Source of the DNA: Eledone cirrhosa
Lineage: Eukaryota
Direction of reading: 5' to 3'
Length of the DNA: 64,000 bases
Assembly: GCA_964016885.1 (NCBI GenBank)
Contig: OZ024756.1
Coordinates: forward strand, 28,830,001-28,894,000
Every line of letters starts with the position of its first letter. Within the stretch, counting starts at the first letter, position 1. The notes beneath the pieces are model-generated. The model had not been told where the DNA came from. It was given only the letters and a program-made list of their open reading frames with translations, and did no database searches. Made by a program: the position numbers and the translations under genes. Shown in pieces: positions 61,098 through 64,000 of the stretch.

Positions 61098-62666
61098 ACC
61101 CTATCTTATCTATTTGTAAAGTTTGAGATCGGAGGCGAACAGTGATACCCGCTTGAACACACTCAAATTTGACACCTCTTGCTTCCCTACTCTTTTACCA
61201 TTTACACCCAAGTGAATTTCACACAGCTATAATAACACATTCAGTAGAAATGTCTCTGTGCTACCCTGACATTTACCAAGCATCAAGCGAGTCGTTTGAC
61301 GCATCTGGAATTTGGTAGAGACGACTTGTATACTATCTATCTGATGCGGTGAATCTTGTGAATTGAATTTCACAAAATTACTAAAAGAAAAATATTTTAT
61401 TTAACCGTCGTAATATATAACATACTCTGTATAACTTACAGTGTAATAAGGCTAAACACTGCGGAATGGACTGTTAGATGACGGTAAAGAAAAAGTTAAT
61501 TACCGGGGTAATCTTTTTTTTGTGTTTTGTTTTGTTTTTTTGTTGATGTTCTTTCGTAGCTTATAAATCCATTCTTCAGAGTATAAGGAACTCTCAGAGG
61601 AAAATGTTCCAGTTTGTTCTCTTTGGAATTAAATTTAACAACAGCGACAAAAAAAAACCCCAATAAAACAAAACGAAGATTACCAGGTACCCTATTTCCC
61701 GGCGTCGAAGACGCTACTTTTTTCATAAAATAAGTCTCAAAAATCTACCATGCGACCTGGAGGCCAAAAGTTATTTATTATTTTTTTTCAAGAGGGGGTG
61801 GATTGGCAGTATCAGTAGAGGGTCGGTGGACCTTTATGATCTGAGTTCAAATCTCGCCGAGGTTAACTTTGCCTTTCGTCCTTACGGGGTCGATAAAATA
61901 AAGTACCAGTCACACAATGGGGTTGATTTAATCGACTTTTGACTCCCCCAATATTGCTGGCCTTGCGCCTATATAAGAAACTATTATTTTTTTCCAAATT
62001 TTTGGTTGTCAAAATTAGGGTGCGTCTTCGAGGACGAAGCATCTTCGGCACCGGGAAATACAGTAAGCAACGTTTTCGTTACCTTCATCTTATCGTCTAT
62101 TTTGCATTGTTTGACTTAAAATCACTTTCCACATTATATATTATATACAATGCTTCAAGCGAACTATAACATTTTATTACAGTGTAATATATAACATGAT
62201 ATAGAGAAGGAAAGTTACAGCTCACACCTATACAGGTTTAGCTAGGGGTTGTATTCCACAGTGTTTTAATGATACCAGTTCTAGTTTTAGCATAAATAAA
62301 GCAATGGGAAATATATTGTTTTCTGAAGGATGCGATCTACCACCCTGCACCGGCCATTTATCGCTTGTATACAGGAAATTGACTGGCCAGTCTGCTGATA
62401 TGCTAATCTGGCTGATCAGTGGATCCGCTATTATGCAAATCTGACTAATCAGCCAGTCTGCTAATATGCAAATCAGGCCGATCAGTCACTGTATATTTTA
62501 GAAAATAGCATATATTATCACAAGCTCTGACAGTTTGGCAGGTGAACAGTGAGCTGTACTGATGAAGGGCTCATTCTACTGACATGGCTATAAAAATGAG
62601 GCTTGTTTGCATAATTGCAAACGAATCGAATGTTATTATTAATATTCGAAAAACTCAGATTACATT

Positions 62667-62709
<43 letters not shown>

Positions 62710-62878
62710 TATATATATGTGTGTGTGTGTGACATACGGCATGTCTAGGCCATTTTAAAACCTGACGGAGCCCACCTCCTGCCGCGGTCCGAATACACCA
62801 GATTTCTTCCAGAAAAAGAGAAAGAGAGTGAGAAAGGGATATAGAGGAAGAATCGACACCAGTACTAGACGGGTACTA

Positions 62879-62929
<51 letters not shown>

Positions 62930-63103
62930 ACATATTAAACAACCCATTTGTGGCGCCTCCCCCCTATTGGGGATTTCGATTGTTGAAATTGTTTGTTTTT
63001 GTATTTTTTACACGACTGTATGTAAAATCCCCGGCATGTCTTTGTATTGTCCCCTTTTTTTGTTGCGCCCTTGTGGCTAATAAAGAAATCTATCTATACA
63101 TGC

Positions 63104-63145
<42 letters not shown>

Positions 63146-63364
63146 CTATTGACCAATATTCAATACACGTTACTTACTAAAATAATTATTCCCTATCCAA
63201 TGGTTTTGTCTTCAGTACAGTTTCCGATGCAGTGAACAATTCTAAAACAACATCTTCAGCATCAGATAATATATATTAATATATTGTGTAACATTAATGT
63301 CTGTTGAAAATAGAATAAATTCGAAAATTTGTTGGTCGTTTCTCTCTCCTTTGGATAGCGTTAC

Positions 63365-63400
63365 TGACGTCATATTCCTGACGTCATATTCATGACGTCA
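63365..63400. promoter_or_regulatory. Three tandem TGACGTCA (CRE-type) palindromes at a 14-bp period
   Basis: TGACGTCA at 63365, 63379, 63393; function not demonstrated. Confidence 0.35.
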
Positions 63401-63495
63401 TAGGCATATCTGAAGATTAATGACTGAACGGTGGCGACATTGGTAGAAATACTCATTCTTTTAATTTACAACGCCACTCCCAACGTTCATTCATA

Positions 63496-63589
<94 letters not shown>

Positions 63590-64000
63590 ACGAAAGAACT
63601 TTGATAGACTATATATATATATATATTTATATCTGTATTTTTAACCGCTGGTCAATCAATGATAAACATTGATTGCCAGATAAATTAACAATGGAGATAT
63701 AAAAGATACAGAAGCGAAAACCAATCCAAACCAAACAGTGAGTGTATTTTATTATTGTTTTTTACACGCAGAAATGCCCATTTGTACCGTCCTGCATTGT
63801 CCTGCACTGTCCTTAATGTCTACTTTATGTAAACCCTTGTGGTTAATAAAGAAATCATTATTATTTCTATCAATAATCGATAAAATAAAGTACCAGTAAT
63901 GCACTGGGTAATTGCTGGCCTTGTGCCTAAAGTAGAAACAATTATTATTTCTAGCAATAATCGATAAAATAAAGTACCAGTAATGCACTGGGTAATTGCT

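Overview
Eukaryotic, very AT- and microsatellite-rich genomic DNA. The SINE families and repeat landscape look like an octopod cephalopod (inference). Nearly all ORFs in the supplied track are microsatellite translations. Real content: (1) The 3' part of a + strand iron lipoxygenase gene, rebuilt by hand as 13 GT-AG exons from 1270 to 45261. They give 1488 nt, or 495 aa plus stop, with all intron phases compatible, all iron ligands present, and Gly at the Coffa site (predicted R-specific). The N-terminus lies upstream of the window. (2) An intronless 262-aa ORF of unknown family with an internal duplication (59055-59843, -). (3) Retroelement fragments that each sit in their own microsatellite type: two restriction-like-endonuclease LINE 3' ends, a CCHC gag-like ORF with one in-frame stop, RTE-derived non-autonomous elements, and tRNA-SINEs. 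(4) At least a dozen type I hammerhead-ribozyme motifs of Penelope pseudo-LTR type on both strands, often in fold-back palindromes within (TA)n, several on the sense strand of lipoxygenase introns. (5) Several minisatellite arrays and a ~1.85-kb (CCA/CTA)n tract.
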